Source of the DNA: Mesotaenium endlicherianum
Taxonomy: Eukaryota
Assembly: GCA_009602735.1 (NCBI GenBank)
Contig: WELA01001462.1
Span: forward strand, 300,895-364,894
Direction: 5' to 3'
Length of the DNA stretch: 64,000 nucleotides
The position numbers and the translations under genes are program-made. Below the pieces are notes generated by a model. That model saw only the letters and a program-made list of their open reading frames with translations. It searched no databases and was not told where the DNA came from. The stretch's first letter is position 1. Each line of letters opens with the position of its first letter. Shown here piece by piece: positions 13,909 to 26,887 of the stretch.

Positions 13909-16900
13909 ATGGCGAATATGATGGTACGTATGTGCGGAAGTCTTAATTTGTGCTACCGACGCCCTTTGTGGCCCTCCTTGGTGGAATTGCACGGTGAAAT
14001 ATGTGTTCATGGAACGAATATTTTGTGCGAATGTCCTTAGTCGCTGAAAGAGTATGAGGATGCACTTAATAGTACCAGGACCGAAACATGACCTCGTGTG
14101 TGCTTCCTATTCAGCTGCACTTCAATGTCAGGTGTAAGACTGATCATTGAGGACTTTCGGTAAATCTGGATGTTATTCTCGGTCCGTCTATATTTTAGGA
14201 TTCCAGGCTTGAGTTTGTTCGGACCAGTATTGAGCTTATAGGCTCGTGTGTTATTTGGCTGTCAGCTAATACAAGGACTTGGTTGTTCTCTGTGGTATTG
14301 ACAGCAACCACAAATCATCCTTCTTAAAGAAGGAACTGATACATCCCAAGGGAAAGCGCAGTTGATCAGCAACATCAATGCATGTTTAGCTGTGGTTGAT
14401 GCTGTGCGTACGACACTTGGACCTCGTGGTATGGACAAATTGATCCACGATGACAAGGGTAACACAACCATTTCAAATGATGGGGCCACCATCATGAAGC
14501 TCCTTGACATCATACATCCCGCAGCCAAAACTCTGGTTGATATAGCCAAATCACAAGATTCTGAGGTAAGCAGACTAGACTGGTCAGAATAGAGACAAAT
14601 GATCATTATGAGTATCGTGTTCTCACACAAACTTCCTGACGCACATACACATAGGACGGGGACAGTTTGTTGAGCTGGTTTGCCAACGAGGAAGATTAGT
14701 TGACTTGGGTTGTCATGTGTTGCAGCAGAATCATCACTTCGGATTTGGAAGTGCTAGTACATAAGATTGTTCCAGTAAGCGGTCAAAGTTAGTGGGTCAT
14801 ACTCAGCAAAAAGTGGGGCTTGGGATAAAATCTTACTAATATTCAGAGTAATTCATGTCCAGTGTGGCAGAAAAGTTTGCACGAATCAATTGTAATAACG
14901 ACTGGATGCAGCAGAAAGAAGCTATTTGCTTTATACCTGTTGCCCGAATTACCCCTTAAGCATGCACTCTTCAGTATGGCTTCATCATAGCTATGAGGCC
15001 TGCCGGCTTGTGGCTCCATACAGGTAGGGGATGGGACCACAACGGTTGTGCTGCTAGCTGGGGAGTTCCTGCGGGAAGCCAAGCCCTTCGTCGAGGATGG
15101 CGTTCATCCCCAACTGATTGTCAGAAGCTTCAGGGCTGCTGCTAACCTGGTAGGCCTTCAATTGCTTCTTTCGCTGTGAATGCCTTAATGTTAGGCCATG
15201 CTCTGCGTTGCCTTGTGAGGATTTGTGGACACCTTCATGTAACAAGTGGAACCAATACCCCAGGTTTGCAGCACTTTGATGTAGGTTATGGAGCATAAAC
15301 AGACATGGTTTTAGGCCCTCAAGGATCAGGAAACACTTGGTATTGGTTTCTTGTTAAGGGCTTTAAGTGCTCCTAATCTGACCCCTATTTTTTCTGGAAG
15401 TGCCGCTAGTGCCTGTACGTGCTTACGTCACTTGCACAGCTGATTCTGCAGTTTTGTTCATGCATGTGAGTACTGGCCATCTGCTCTTCCAGCCTTACAA
15501 CTCTCGATGCTTTGCAGTCCTGTCTGGTGCCATCCGCGCCCGTGCCCAATGCCCCTCCTTTAGCACTCTTGAAGCACATCATCACCACATTCTTGCTCAT
15601 TCTGTGCAGGCAGTCCAACAAGTGAAAGACCTAGCAGTAAGCATAGAAGGTAAGAGCCGAGAGGAGAAGAAATCCATGCTGGAAAAATGTGCTGCCACAA
15701 CGCTGAGCTCGAAGCTGGTGGGGGGAGAGAAGGAGTTCTTTGCCAAGATGGTGGTGGACTCCGTCATGGCGCTTGACGACGACGTGCCTCTCAACATGAT
15801 TGGTGTGAAGAAGGTATGCATATGCTCCGGCGACCAAAACAGTGCTCCAGTGACTGAAACACCGCATGGTCTCTTGGGAGGGGTCTCTTCTGAGCTCAGG
15901 GTCGTGCCTGAACCATCTATTCCTGTGGACCTGTCAAGCGTAGGCCGAAGGAATAGACCTGCTATTGTGTTGTTCCTTCTGACTTATGTCGCTTTGATAT
16001 CCCCTGATAAGCATATTCTGCCACTTGTTTATTTCTGGCCCTCCTCCTCCTCCAAAACCCCACCCCCAACCCCAACCCCCCTCTTCCCTTTTCCCATCAA
16101 GAAAAGCACGGGATAAGCAAAGCCCAGCAATAAACATATCTCCTGAGATTGATAAAAATACCTGTTGAGGAGTTATGGAGGTAGGGTCCAGTAACACATC
16201 AGACCGTATGAAGGAGGAGAGGCCTGCCAATCACAAAGTCAAGGAGTAGCATCGCACACCAACACGCTGCAAGCCTCCTTCCGCCTTGCAGGTACAAGGA
16301 GGAACCATGAGGGACTCGTTTCTGGTAGAGGGCGTGGCCTTTAAGAAGACGTTCTCGTACGCCGGCTTCGAGCAACAACCCAAGAGCTTCCAGAGCCCCA
16401 AGATCTTGCTCCTCAACCTGGAGCTGGAGCTGAAGTCGGAGAAGGAGAACGCAGAAGTCAGGTGAGGGTCGCCCGCCCACTGCCGAGCTGGACCACATAG
16501 GTCTCGGGAATTGTGAGTGTAGCAACATCAGGGGAAGGCCACGGCGCTTGTTTTTTATCGTGCATGGGTGGGCATCCGTTCGTGCTCAACATAGCTCAGC
16601 TTTGCATCTCGCACCTTCATGCTGCTGTGTTACCCAGCCTACTTGCAGCAGCACCGGCAACGGCAGCAGCACCGGTGCTCGTGCTTTGGTTTGAGCAACT
16701 TTCAGGCATGCAGCGTGGACCTCCGGAGTTGGAATTCTGCCGCCTCCAGCTTTCCTCATCTGATTCTTTGCGTGCATCTGTGTCTGATGCACTTGTGTCG
16801 CCGAACTTTGCAAGCGGCAATGTGTGCTCAGGCTCTCGGATCCGGCGCAGTACCAGTCCATCGTGGACGCAGAGTGGAACATCATCTACGACAAGCTGGA

Positions 16901-19900
16901 CAAGTGCGTCGCCAGCGGGGCCAAGATTGTGCTGTCCCGCCTGGCAATTGGGGACCTGGCCACTCAGGTGCGCTCTTGCACGCTCCTAGCCCCCCCCCCA
17001 AAAGCCACCAGCAGCTTACCCTCTGCAGCTGCAAGGCTGGCTCTTCTTTCCCTGCCATGCAGCAAGGGGGCTCTCTGGATGGACTGCCCGCGCTGGCATT
17101 TTCTCGCACATGTCACGTGCTTGATGATCTCAAATCATCAGTCTTGCCTAGCGCAGGTGTACCTTCTTCATGTATCACTTCCTTATATTGAGAGAAAAGC
17201 GTGGATAACGAGCATGATATTTCTGAGCCTATGGACTTCTAATCTCTTGGCTGGGTTGCGCGGGGTTGAATCGAGTGGTGCAGTATTTTGCTGACAGAGA
17301 CATCTTCTGCGCGGGAAGAGTGGCGGAGGATGACCTCCACCGCGTGGCCAAGGCTACAGGCGGGGCCATCCAGACCACTGTCAACAATGTCGTACCCGAG
17401 GTATTGGCGGAGCCATCGCCTGCCCACCCCTTTTCGAGTGCGGTTCCCCTGGCTTCTGGTCTGCCTGCTGCTGTGCAGTGCAAGGCCGGTGCTGCTAGAT
17501 TCTGAATCAGCAAGACGAGCCATGCACCACAACTGTGTGGATGTGCACAAGGGCTGCTCCCGCTCGCGGTCTCACTGCTAGGCCCATTGCAGCCTCGTGC
17601 CATCTGTGCTGTGTCGAGCGTCTACAGCCACCACGCGCGGCGAGCGTACACATGTTCACGCGCTATGGCACATGCCCAGGATGCTGAGATTCGATATTGC
17701 AACACAAGGACGACCGTACACATGGGTCGTGTCTTGCATGTGATCGTGCTAAACTGACGGGCACAGTCGCCTGATGCTGCAAGCGTGCTGACATGATGCC
17801 CATGCACGTGTGTCATGGGGCGGGCTACCAGGTGATGGGCGAGTGCGCAAACTTTGAGGAGAGGCAAGTGGGCAACGAGAGGTTCAATCTGTTCACAGGC
17901 TGCCCGCACGCCAAGACCGCCACCATAGTCCTGCGCGGCGGCGCCGAGCAGGTACTTCTTCTTGCTGCTGCGCCTCCCGTCTCCACTCTTGCACCGCATG
18001 TGCAGGGGTCAGCTCTGAGTCATCACACAAGTGTAGGACAGAGAGCCCTAAGCCTGGATATGCTTCAGTGATGCGGCCCGTGTGCTGACCCCGCCCCGGG
18101 AGACTCTTCATGTGGCTTCGTGGGTGCGCGTGCGGAGGAGCAGTTCATTGAGGAGGCGGACCGCAGCCTCCACGACGCCATCATGATTGTCAGGCGGGCC
18201 GTCAAGAACTCCAACGTGGTGGCGGGGGGCGGCGCCACTGAAGTACGGAATACTGAGCTCCTCCTGCTCTGAGCCCTCCTGTACTCCCTCATCTGCTGCC
18301 ATCCCCGGGCCCATCACCGTCCAATACACAAAACATTTACTGTTAAGCCCCCTGGGGACCCCCCTGCAGCACCCCACCCCTGGGCCGCTTTTAGAAGAGC
18401 TGGCAATCTTACTTGTGGTGCCTCTCTTGGGCTCAACCTTGCCATGTCCGCGAATTTGAGTGTGGATCGGATAGCACAACTGCGATGGGTGTGTGCGCGT
18501 GTGTGTGTGGGTGTGCACACGCCTACTTTTGTGCTTAATTTACTCACGGTCATTAAGGACCTCCAGCAGTTTGAGAGTTGGCAACTCGATGGCATAAATA
18601 TACATTGAGGTATACCAAAAAATTGTGATAAGAATTCTAGCTGACGCTGCCAACATCACATCAAGCAACAGCAAGTGTGCGTCAGACCCGATCGCTCCAA
18701 TTTTGTGGCAGACGAGTGGTGCTGAGGCAGACATGTGGCCGGTTGGCAGCAAATGATGGCATAAATATACGTTGAGAATGTTTACACTCTATGATAAGTA
18801 CTATTGGCTGATGCTGCGAATGGCCGGTCTCCCCAAAGGCTGTATGGAAGTGCGCAAATACTCTTGAAGACTTTGTCAATCACAAAACTTGACCCCCCTG
18901 AGACGCCATATATTGTGTTGAAGGGGTGGTTGTCAAAACTTGAAGCTGTGCGGCAGGAATCAGAGTGCAGTTTTTGCGACATGATCTGATTCCTCTGTAC
19001 CCATTCATGTTCCGACTCCTGTTGTCACGTGCCAGCACATTCTCACTTTTTGTGTGCTGATGGTCACTAGTTTTTCCAGGGGGACGTTCTTATGTGATTA
19101 TAAACATGTGTAGCAACAAGGTATCGCTGGAAAAGTCTTGAATAACTGGCAGGGATTGTTACCATCGCCAGGAAAGCAAGCCGTATGACCCCTTGAGATT
19201 GGTAAATCTTGACTTGTGTCGGAGCTGCTCGGATGCCCGTGGGCCAGAACAGTCTCCTGGGAGTGGGGCTGTGGGGCGATGGGTAGGTCATGGGTGTCTG
19301 TCGTGCCGACATCTGCAGAATATCACAAACTTACTCCTGCCCTAAAAAAAATCCTATTCTACTATCCTATTTCAAAACACTTTGGGGGGAGTCATCAGCC
19401 CTACACCCGAGCCTTATGTCAGCCTAAGCCAAAGGCCCCGTGGCGGCAATGAGCGTGTAGCGCATGTCACACCCAGAATGATTACCTATACATTACCCAT
19501 ACTAAACAAACATTATCATACTGAACATCCGTATTGATTGGGGTGGCTAGTTCCTTGCAGCACATGATGGCATGATTATACATTGAGATGTTTTTCTCTG
19601 ATGAATACTTTTGGCTGATGCTGCAAGCAAGCTGTCTGGTCTAGTCAGCGGTTTTAGTAGAGGGACGAGTCCTTGTGTGTTTCATGTAATTACTTCAATC
19701 GTTGCCCTGCAATGGTGGGGCAAGTAGGTGCCGGCAGCAGATGATGGCATAAGCATACATTGATAAATTTCATGTGATAACCAACCTTGGCTGATGCTGC
19801 TTCTTTTGTATCAGAGAATTTTTACGCATCAGGGCTTGTACAACAAAATGTGGCTTAGGTGTGGGTTTAATACCGAAAAAGTTAGGGTTTTATCTCTATG

Positions 19901-22251
19901 GGGCCCCTTTCTCATGTTGGTGTTTTTGTTAAACTGGCATAGGGGCGCTGTGTGCTTGGGGGCCATCAAGGGCATGTGTCAAGTTCCATCCCTCTGTCGA
20001 AACAAATATGTGAAACGTGTGTAAGTTGCTGCAAGCGTCAACAAATGGTCACTGAATTTGATACAACTGGATGTTGGGCAGTGTATGCTTTTGCGTTCTG
20101 ATCCTTCGTGGCCATTGTCTTGCGCGCTGCCACCTGGTGGGCGCGTGGCTGGGGGGCTGCTGTGCGCAGATGGAGGTGAGCAAGCACCTAAGGCAGCACG
20201 CGCGCAGCATCGCCGGTAAAGCCCAGCTCTTCATCAACTCCTACGCAAAGGCTCTCGAGGTACGCCTTTCCTCCTCCTCCTCCTCCTCTTGCTCCGCTTG
20301 AGGCACTGCTGGAGCCTGGCATCGTTGTAAGTCAACTCCTCTGCATGTCTTCTCTCAAAAGAGCGTAAGAAGGATGCGCTCGGTACTGGCCTCATTTTGA
20401 CTTGCAGCGGATTGCTTGCCGTGCCCACCTCAGCTATCGTGTGTCTATCCCCTTGCTCCCCTTGGCTCCATCTACTCGCGCACATGTCTGGGCCCGTGTC
20501 AGGTCACTTGGGCCCAGGATGGCGTCTAATCCACTCTGGGATCGTGTGCGTGTGTGCTTGGGGGGCCATGTTTGTGTGTGTTTGGGCATCCGGGGCTCTG
20601 GACTGCAGGTCATACCCCGCCAGCTGTGCGACAACGCGGGATTCGACGCCACAGACGTGCTGAACAAGTTGCGGCAGAAGCACGCCATCGACAACGGTAC
20701 ACTTCTGCCTACGCCGGTTTCCACCTCTGCCCCCTGTGCTTGCGCCAACAAGGCAGCCTGGCTTCCTGCCTGGCCTGTCAGAGGGCTGCCGCTGGGTCCC
20801 TGCTCTGCTTACCTCTGTTCCTATGCTGCGTGGTAGCCTCTGGCACATGCATGAGATATGGCACACACTGTCTGCTGCGCTTGCTGCCGGTCATTGCTGT
20901 CATGATGAGATACAAGTGGGCCAGTATGGGGAAGCTGCAGCCTTATGCATCCCTTGCCCCCGCCGCCTAAACGCGTCTGTGTCCATGGGGCGGCTCTCGC
21001 TGAAGAGTAGCCGCTCAGAATAGGTGCCAGCCGTGGGAATAGCACGGCCAGCTCTAGAACGGCGTCCAGTGTTGCGTTCTTGCACATCCATTTCTGAGGC
21101 ACGCTTGTGAGGGCTGCAACCAAACTGGCCTGCTATCCGCCAGAAGAAAAGGCATATGTTTGCGCGCATGTGCGCTCCTCAACGGTCTGTCCTGAGGGGG
21201 GTGTGGGCGGAACAGGGGCCCTGTACGGCGTGGATGTCAACACGGGCGGCATCATCGACACGTATGCCAGCTTCATCTGGGAGCCCAGTGTAGTCAAAGT
21301 ATGCATCTCCTCTTTCCCTTACTCCCCGCTGTGGGGGGCTCCTGTCAAGAATCTCCAAGACATACTCGCGCTTGCAACATTCTCGTTTTGGTTCATCAAT
21401 CCTTCACTCATATCAACAAGAGTGCCAATTGTTCTCTGCTTGACTTGAGCGCGGAAGGGGAGAGGGGCCACATGCAAGGGCATTAGCGTCAAGACAACGG
21501 TAGCGGAGCAGCAGCACCTGCCTTGGGCAATGAAAAAACCGCCGGGTGCTGCAGGTGTCTAACATCGAAAAGTTGATAGGCGTGGATGTCTGCGTACTTT
21601 AGTCAACTTTCTCCCCCTCTTGCAAGTGGCAGCTTGCCTTCATGACAGGAATTTGACGACCTGTTTTGCTTGGTTGGCGCGTTTCTGAAATGCTTTGCAG
21701 ATAAATGCCATCACTGCAGCGACAGAGGCTGCCTGCTTACTTCTCAGTGTGGATGAGACAATCCGAAATCCAAAGGTGAGTCTCGTTGCCTCACATCATT
21801 TTATTTCTTAGCAGACCTATGGATGGATGTATCAGGTTTGTCAGCATGTTTGCTTCAACTTCCAACTTGACTTTTTCTGGTACTCATCCCACATGGCGTG
21901 TTCATAGTGAGTGCAATTAGCGACGCGAAGGGGACTTAAGTGACCCCTTGATCGGGCAGGACACTGGATACTTGTGCAGCCACTAATATTATGTTGTTAA
22001 CATTGACTCAAAGCTAAGGATATGTAGCCGATGGGTGTTTGGTCTTTATGCTGGGCATGGAGTGGCTGTGGGATGAAAGTTGTTGCTCAAACTAGGCCGA
22101 AGTGCGGGGATTGTATATCCAAATCTAAATTGTTGTCAAAAAAATTTGTCGTGATGTGGAACAGTCGGAGAGTGCACAAGGTGAAGCCATGGGTGGAAGG
22201 GGCAGAGGTGGTCCCATGAGGGGTGGTGGCAGGGGCATGCGCAGGCGTTAG
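13909..22251 (+). CDS. CCT7: T-complex protein 1 subunit eta (chaperonin CCT/TRiC), 14 exons
   Basis: Exons 13909-13923, 14305-14565, 15024-15149, 15610-15813, 16292-16461, 16832-16967, 17284-17400, 17832-17951, 18144-18242, 20170-20259, 20609-20696, 21216-21298, 21701-21775, 22165-22251. Motifs [71 protein letters not shown] and a GRG-rich C-terminus are typical of CCT-eta. Confidence 0.97.
18577..18654 (+). ncRNA. Intronic box C/D snoRNA-like unit, copy 1 (degenerate C box)
   Basis: Terminal stem GTTGGCA/TGCCAAC, C-like TCGATGG, D' TTGA, C' GTGATAA, D box CTGA (18641-18644); paralogous to copies 2-4. Confidence 0.6.
18746..18817 (+). ncRNA. Intronic box C/D snoRNA-like unit, copy 2
   Basis: Stem GCAGCA/TGCTGC, C box ATGATGG (18753), D' TTGA, C' ATGATAA, D box CTGA (18808-18811). 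Confidence 0.75.
19554..19627 (+). ncRNA. Intronic box C/D snoRNA-like unit, copy 3
   Basis: Perfect 9-bp stem CTTGCAGCA/TGCTGCAAG, C box ATGATGG (19564), D' TTGA, C' CTGATGA, D box CTGA (19615-19618). Confidence 0.78.
19733..19801 (+). ncRNA. Intronic box C/D snoRNA-like unit, copy 4
   Basis: Stem GGCAGCA/TGCTGCT, C box ATGATGG (19741), D' TTGA, C' GTGATAA, D box CTGA (19791-19794). Confidence 0.75.
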
Positions 22252-23742
22252 TTGTAAAAGTTGGTAATATTTACCCAATATAAATTCCTCATTGTTTCAT
22301 TGTTGTGTGGTTGTACAAGGAAGTAAAAGTCTGTGACATATGCTTGCAAGGCTGAGGTGGGGAAACCGTTAATTATCAACTTTGTACATTATCTACTATG
22401 AACCATCAACTGGTCCAAGACTTAAAGTTCATCCACAACATTGTAAATCTTACGCTGCTATATTCACCAATAAACTCAATTGTATAGCACTCTGATACAA
22501 AGCAACTCATTTGGGGGTAATTGTAATCAGACATTGTGAGAAGCAGATAATGTGGCATGTATGAAGTAGTACCACAAGTGCAATGTCTTTGGTCAACAAC
22601 CCCAATTTGTGACCGTTTCAGGCTTTCAGATTCAGATGGCATGTGTGGGTCAACTCATCACGTACTTAGATTCGACATATGTGTACAGTCGTAAATTGCT
22701 TTTGTCGCGACAGATTTGTTTAATTTGTTTGATATTTGTGCTTTTAAGGTGTCAAATAATCCGTAAGTCACCAAATTATTTGTGATGTCACAAATGAACA
22801 CAAGTTTGCCCCTAACCAACCCGTGAACTAAATTCAACAACTCACAGGCTAAAATAGCTCTTGCAAAAATTGATGGACAAGCATGTTATACGTAATTTGT
22901 CCTACTATGTACGTTTAGTTGCAAGTGTTCATATTAAGTTTGAAGAAATAAGGAGCCGGCTTAATATCAGGACAATCATAAAGCGTCTTTGCAATCATCA
23001 AAGGAAGTTATCTTACAAGCAAAGGCAGTCATAGATCCCCATACCATTAAACCCGAATAATTCTTTCGTACGTTCCTTCTTTTTTCTTCCACATAAAAAA
23101 ATAGGTTTCATGTAGATAAGTACCTAGTCATTGAGGGACTACATTTACATACATTCCGTGATTTTGTGACTTACATCAAGATCAGATCAAGTGCTGTTTT
23201 TTGTCACAAGCAAAAGAACAGAAACTGCTAAATGGACGTCAACTTAAACCGTCTCTAGTATTATTATATGAGAAGTACCACATTATGAGGCGTTTTTTTG
23301 TCTTTTTCCATCCTCTTGCGTGCGTGGCCAATAATTTACCACTTTCGTACTTGAATATTAGAATGAATTTTTAGCAATGATTCTTTCCTCCTTCACTATA
23401 TCAAAATATAAGTACTTTGGAACTGAAAGTGGTCATCTCAACACTACAGTTTAGAAGGTAAATTGGAAATAATCGATGGGGTATCTGCGATCTTTTGTTA
23501 GGTTTTTGAAACTTCCATATCCGTACAGCTACGAAATCCGGATCACGCGGTCTCGCATTGTCGACTCGCCATTGGGTTCCTTCCAAAGCAGGGCATGGAG
23601 GCGAGGGGAGAAATGCTCCTGCCCTCCCAAACTTGATACAAAAGTTCTAGGAAGTTTTGTTCCACCAAGATCACTAGGAGTTAAGTGGTCTCCCGAGATT
23701 CGTCTTCTGAACATAAACTACCGAAACACATTACCATAAAAC

Positions 23743-25671
23743 ATGTTGAGGTCAGTTGCTGCACGCCTGGTCATCGTTGCTCGACGTGCAGCACATTTAC
23801 CAGCGGTGTCTCTTAAGGGATCTGTTGAGCCAGTGGCACCGACTTATATCCAGTCTAATATTTTGTGTCGGGCCTCGTCAAGCCTGGGATGGGTTTCTCG
23901 AACTTCCACTTTATTGAGTGCCGTTGCCCATAAGACAGATGCACCAGGTACATATTTCAGTCGCAGGCCAGTTCAGTGTCAATCTTTGCACAATAAGGAT
24001 TTTGAGCTTTCAAAGTCGTTAGAATCTTACTGATACCTGGTATATCATCCGTGGTGTGAAGCAGGAACTGATTTGACAGAAGAATATGAACACGCCACTG
24101 GACTTGAGAAGGAGGAGATTGAGGCTCAGCTGGAGGTGAATATTGATACTTTGTTCGTTCATGTACACATGAAAATTGGCTGCTAACACTAGTATCTCTC
24201 TGTCTAGCGTGCATTGGCAGCTTTTCTTGTTTTTATGATCTTGTCCTAGTCAAGTACCTCCGGCCTACATTCAGATGCTTCATACACGCCTTTTTTAAAA
24301 CAAGTTCTGACGTCTAAAACAGAGGAAGGTCAGGTTCTTTGCTCCTCTGCAACCTAAGTAAATAGACATTATTGTTTGTTGGTTGCAGGGAAAGTCCCGC
24401 TTTGAGATGGCGCCTCCCCGGGGACCATTTGGAACAAAGGTGTATCCTTGATGTTGAATCACCTCTCTTGCTTTCCGTCGCAACTTAGTCTAGGTGTCAT
24501 CGTGCTGTTTGATAACTCTGACTAAGCATCTTATGCTACTTGATAACCAGGTCTACGATACTGATCAGCTTACCTTGATATGTTGTTACTCAGGAAGAAC
24601 CTGCAATTGTGGAGTCGCAGTTCGATGAGCGCATAGTGGGTTGTTCAGGTGGTGTTGATGGTAAGTGGTTTTACGACTCGTGACGTAGGGGTTGTTGTTG
24701 ATATTTCAGCACATTAATCTTCTTCATTGGATACAGTTTTTGGGTAATCTAGCCTCTGGTCTCGATGCCCTTTTTCAGGGCAATGCATATGTTCCTGGTT
24801 TTGGACGTCTCAAAACTTTCAAGGAGTTGCATTTTTTTTGCGTTGGTGGAATTGGAAGTTCCTTCTACGTTGCTTTATAGTAAAGGCATCTCTACCTTAA
24901 GGGATGATTGTGTATGCAGTTCTCATATACTGAGTGCTTGAGGTGCTGGTTCGGTGAAGGAAGAAAAGCAAAATAATGGTGGAAGGAGGGTTTCCTGGAG
25001 AGTCAGCTCGTGTGCCACTAAACATGCACTTGAGGTTTGGGAAAGCTGACGTCCTCTTTGTCGACACACATGTGTAGTGCACGCCAGCTTTTAGCATGCT
25101 GGCTCTGACCTCTATAGTAGGACTGCACAATGGTGTGAGCAGATGACGAGCACGATGTTGTATGGTTCAAGTTGAAGAAGGACGCTGATCATGAATGCCC
25201 TGTTTGTACCCAGTACTTCCAGGTATATGTCCTGTTTTTCATTACGGAGGCATAAGTATTTCTGTGGGATGTGGCATTTATTCGTGCAAAGTGGCAGTTT
25301 TAGATGCATTTGCTGCTCAGTGGGTTGTAGTTGACTTCACTTGAGAAAATGATGAAAGACGTATGTATTGGAGTTGTATCTTGCCCTGTGTTTGGAATAC
25401 GTGAAATAGGAGTTGGCAAGTCGTAGGTAAATGGCTTTATGCCTTTCTGTAGAAGCTGAGATGTGGGTACGTTTGCAATTTCTGTCTCGGTTTCTTCTTC
25501 AGATATCTGTTCTTGGTGACAGTTCTTCAACCTCTTTGTGTGGAGTGGTTGATTCTTTGTGGTTTTTCTTCGTCATCGTGTCACCTGAAACTTACATGTG
25601 GTTTCATTTTCCACTTGGACTTGCAGTTGAAGGTGGTTGGAGAGGGCGGAATGCCCGGGGCACATCACTAG
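23743..25671 (+). CDS. COX5B: Cytochrome c oxidase subunit 5B, mitochondrial precursor, 6 exons
   Basis: Exons 23743-23947, ~24065-24135, 24389-24439, 24594-24660, 25143-25222, 25627-25671. Arg/Ser/Ala-rich presequence; ATGLEKEE, GPFGTKEEPAIVES, ERIVGCSGG, EHDVVWF, ECPVCTQYFQLKVVG (zinc site). Confidence 0.95.
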
Positions 25672-26887
25672 TGCAATTTGGCTGCAATATGGTTGGGTAT
25701 TAGTTAACACATCGTTTCTTTCTAAGCCTGGAGTACTGAACAGATCGACCAACGTGGGTGATGCCCAAGCATTCTCCTTGTGCTTTTTGGACTCGTAGTC
25801 TGCGGTCTACAAGGGCCGGCAGATGATAGCAGGCGACAATGTATTTGAGGAGGACCCCTTTTGAGGATGATGTCAAAAGCTCAGGCAAGGTAGCCTCAGT
25901 GCGACAAGGTTAGCATGTGTCATAGTTTCAAAGGGCAAGGCGTGTGATGGTTGAGAAAAGCGGACATCAGCAATACGTTGTTGTGCTTTGATTAGATTCG
26001 TCGTTGGTGCTCACCAAATTCATCTTGGTGTAAGGGTGCTCCACTCCATAGCACCTGGCCTCTGGCAAGTCTACGACTGCGTAACAGAAAAAAAGAAATA
26101 ATGGTCTTTTGCTTGAAGATACTGAAGTGGTTTGAGAGTCAATGTAACCATGTGAGATTATGTTAGCTAGTGTTATCTTTGCCCAGGGTTTGAAGAGCTA
26201 TTTAGATTTTATCTTGGAGTTCACTCTAGTGTAGTAGATGATTCACGTGTTATATGCCAAAATCTTGTTTTGGATTACATCCCATATTATGATACCTGGT
26301 TTCAACTTTCGTTGGCTCCAGTGATCGAATGCATGAATCGCCTTATTGATCACACATGGATAGTGGAAGCCAACCAACGTCAGGTGTCAAAGCGCAACGC
26401 CGCTGACGTCACAGAGTAAGACTCCCGACAGCCTATGTCGTCGCTACTGTCCACTTCCATAAGCCCCTTGTGTATGGTTCCGAGCAGTCTTCGCCAAGGA
26501 TCGCGTGTGGTAAGAAGGTACATGGCGGATTGCAGTCTGATATGATGATGTATCACTCGTGTCTCCGCACGACTCAACACATACTCTTGGGAGTCCTGCT
26601 CTTAACGAGGTCACCACTATATACTGGCTCCTACGCGATCAGAACACATGAGCTCGAGAATATTTTCTTTCGTGGTATGGCTACACTTAATAACTCACGC
26701 TATTCGGCACTCCCGATTTAGACCGGACCAACGCACTTACCTTGTGTTTTTAGAGGGGCTGTCTTCCTAGCTGCTACAAGAGGCAACCGTATTGAAAACC
26801 GGGGTCTTCTAGTGTCCGTGGAGTGGATCAATAAAGAACAGCATTCTCTTATATACCTTTTATATTGAGTCTTACTGAAAAGGGAAC

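Noticed and set aside
18690..18703. ATCGCTCCAATTTT, 13/14 complementary to the U6 snRNA segment AAAAUUGGAACGAU, between snoRNA copies 1 and 2
   Set aside because: No C box or adjacent D box frames it, and a 14-mer with one mismatch can arise by chance; worth rechecking only if small-RNA reads cover it.
19476..19524. Possible fifth snoRNA copy (ATGATTA...TATACATT...CTGA)
   Set aside because: No terminal stem and no D'/C' boxes.
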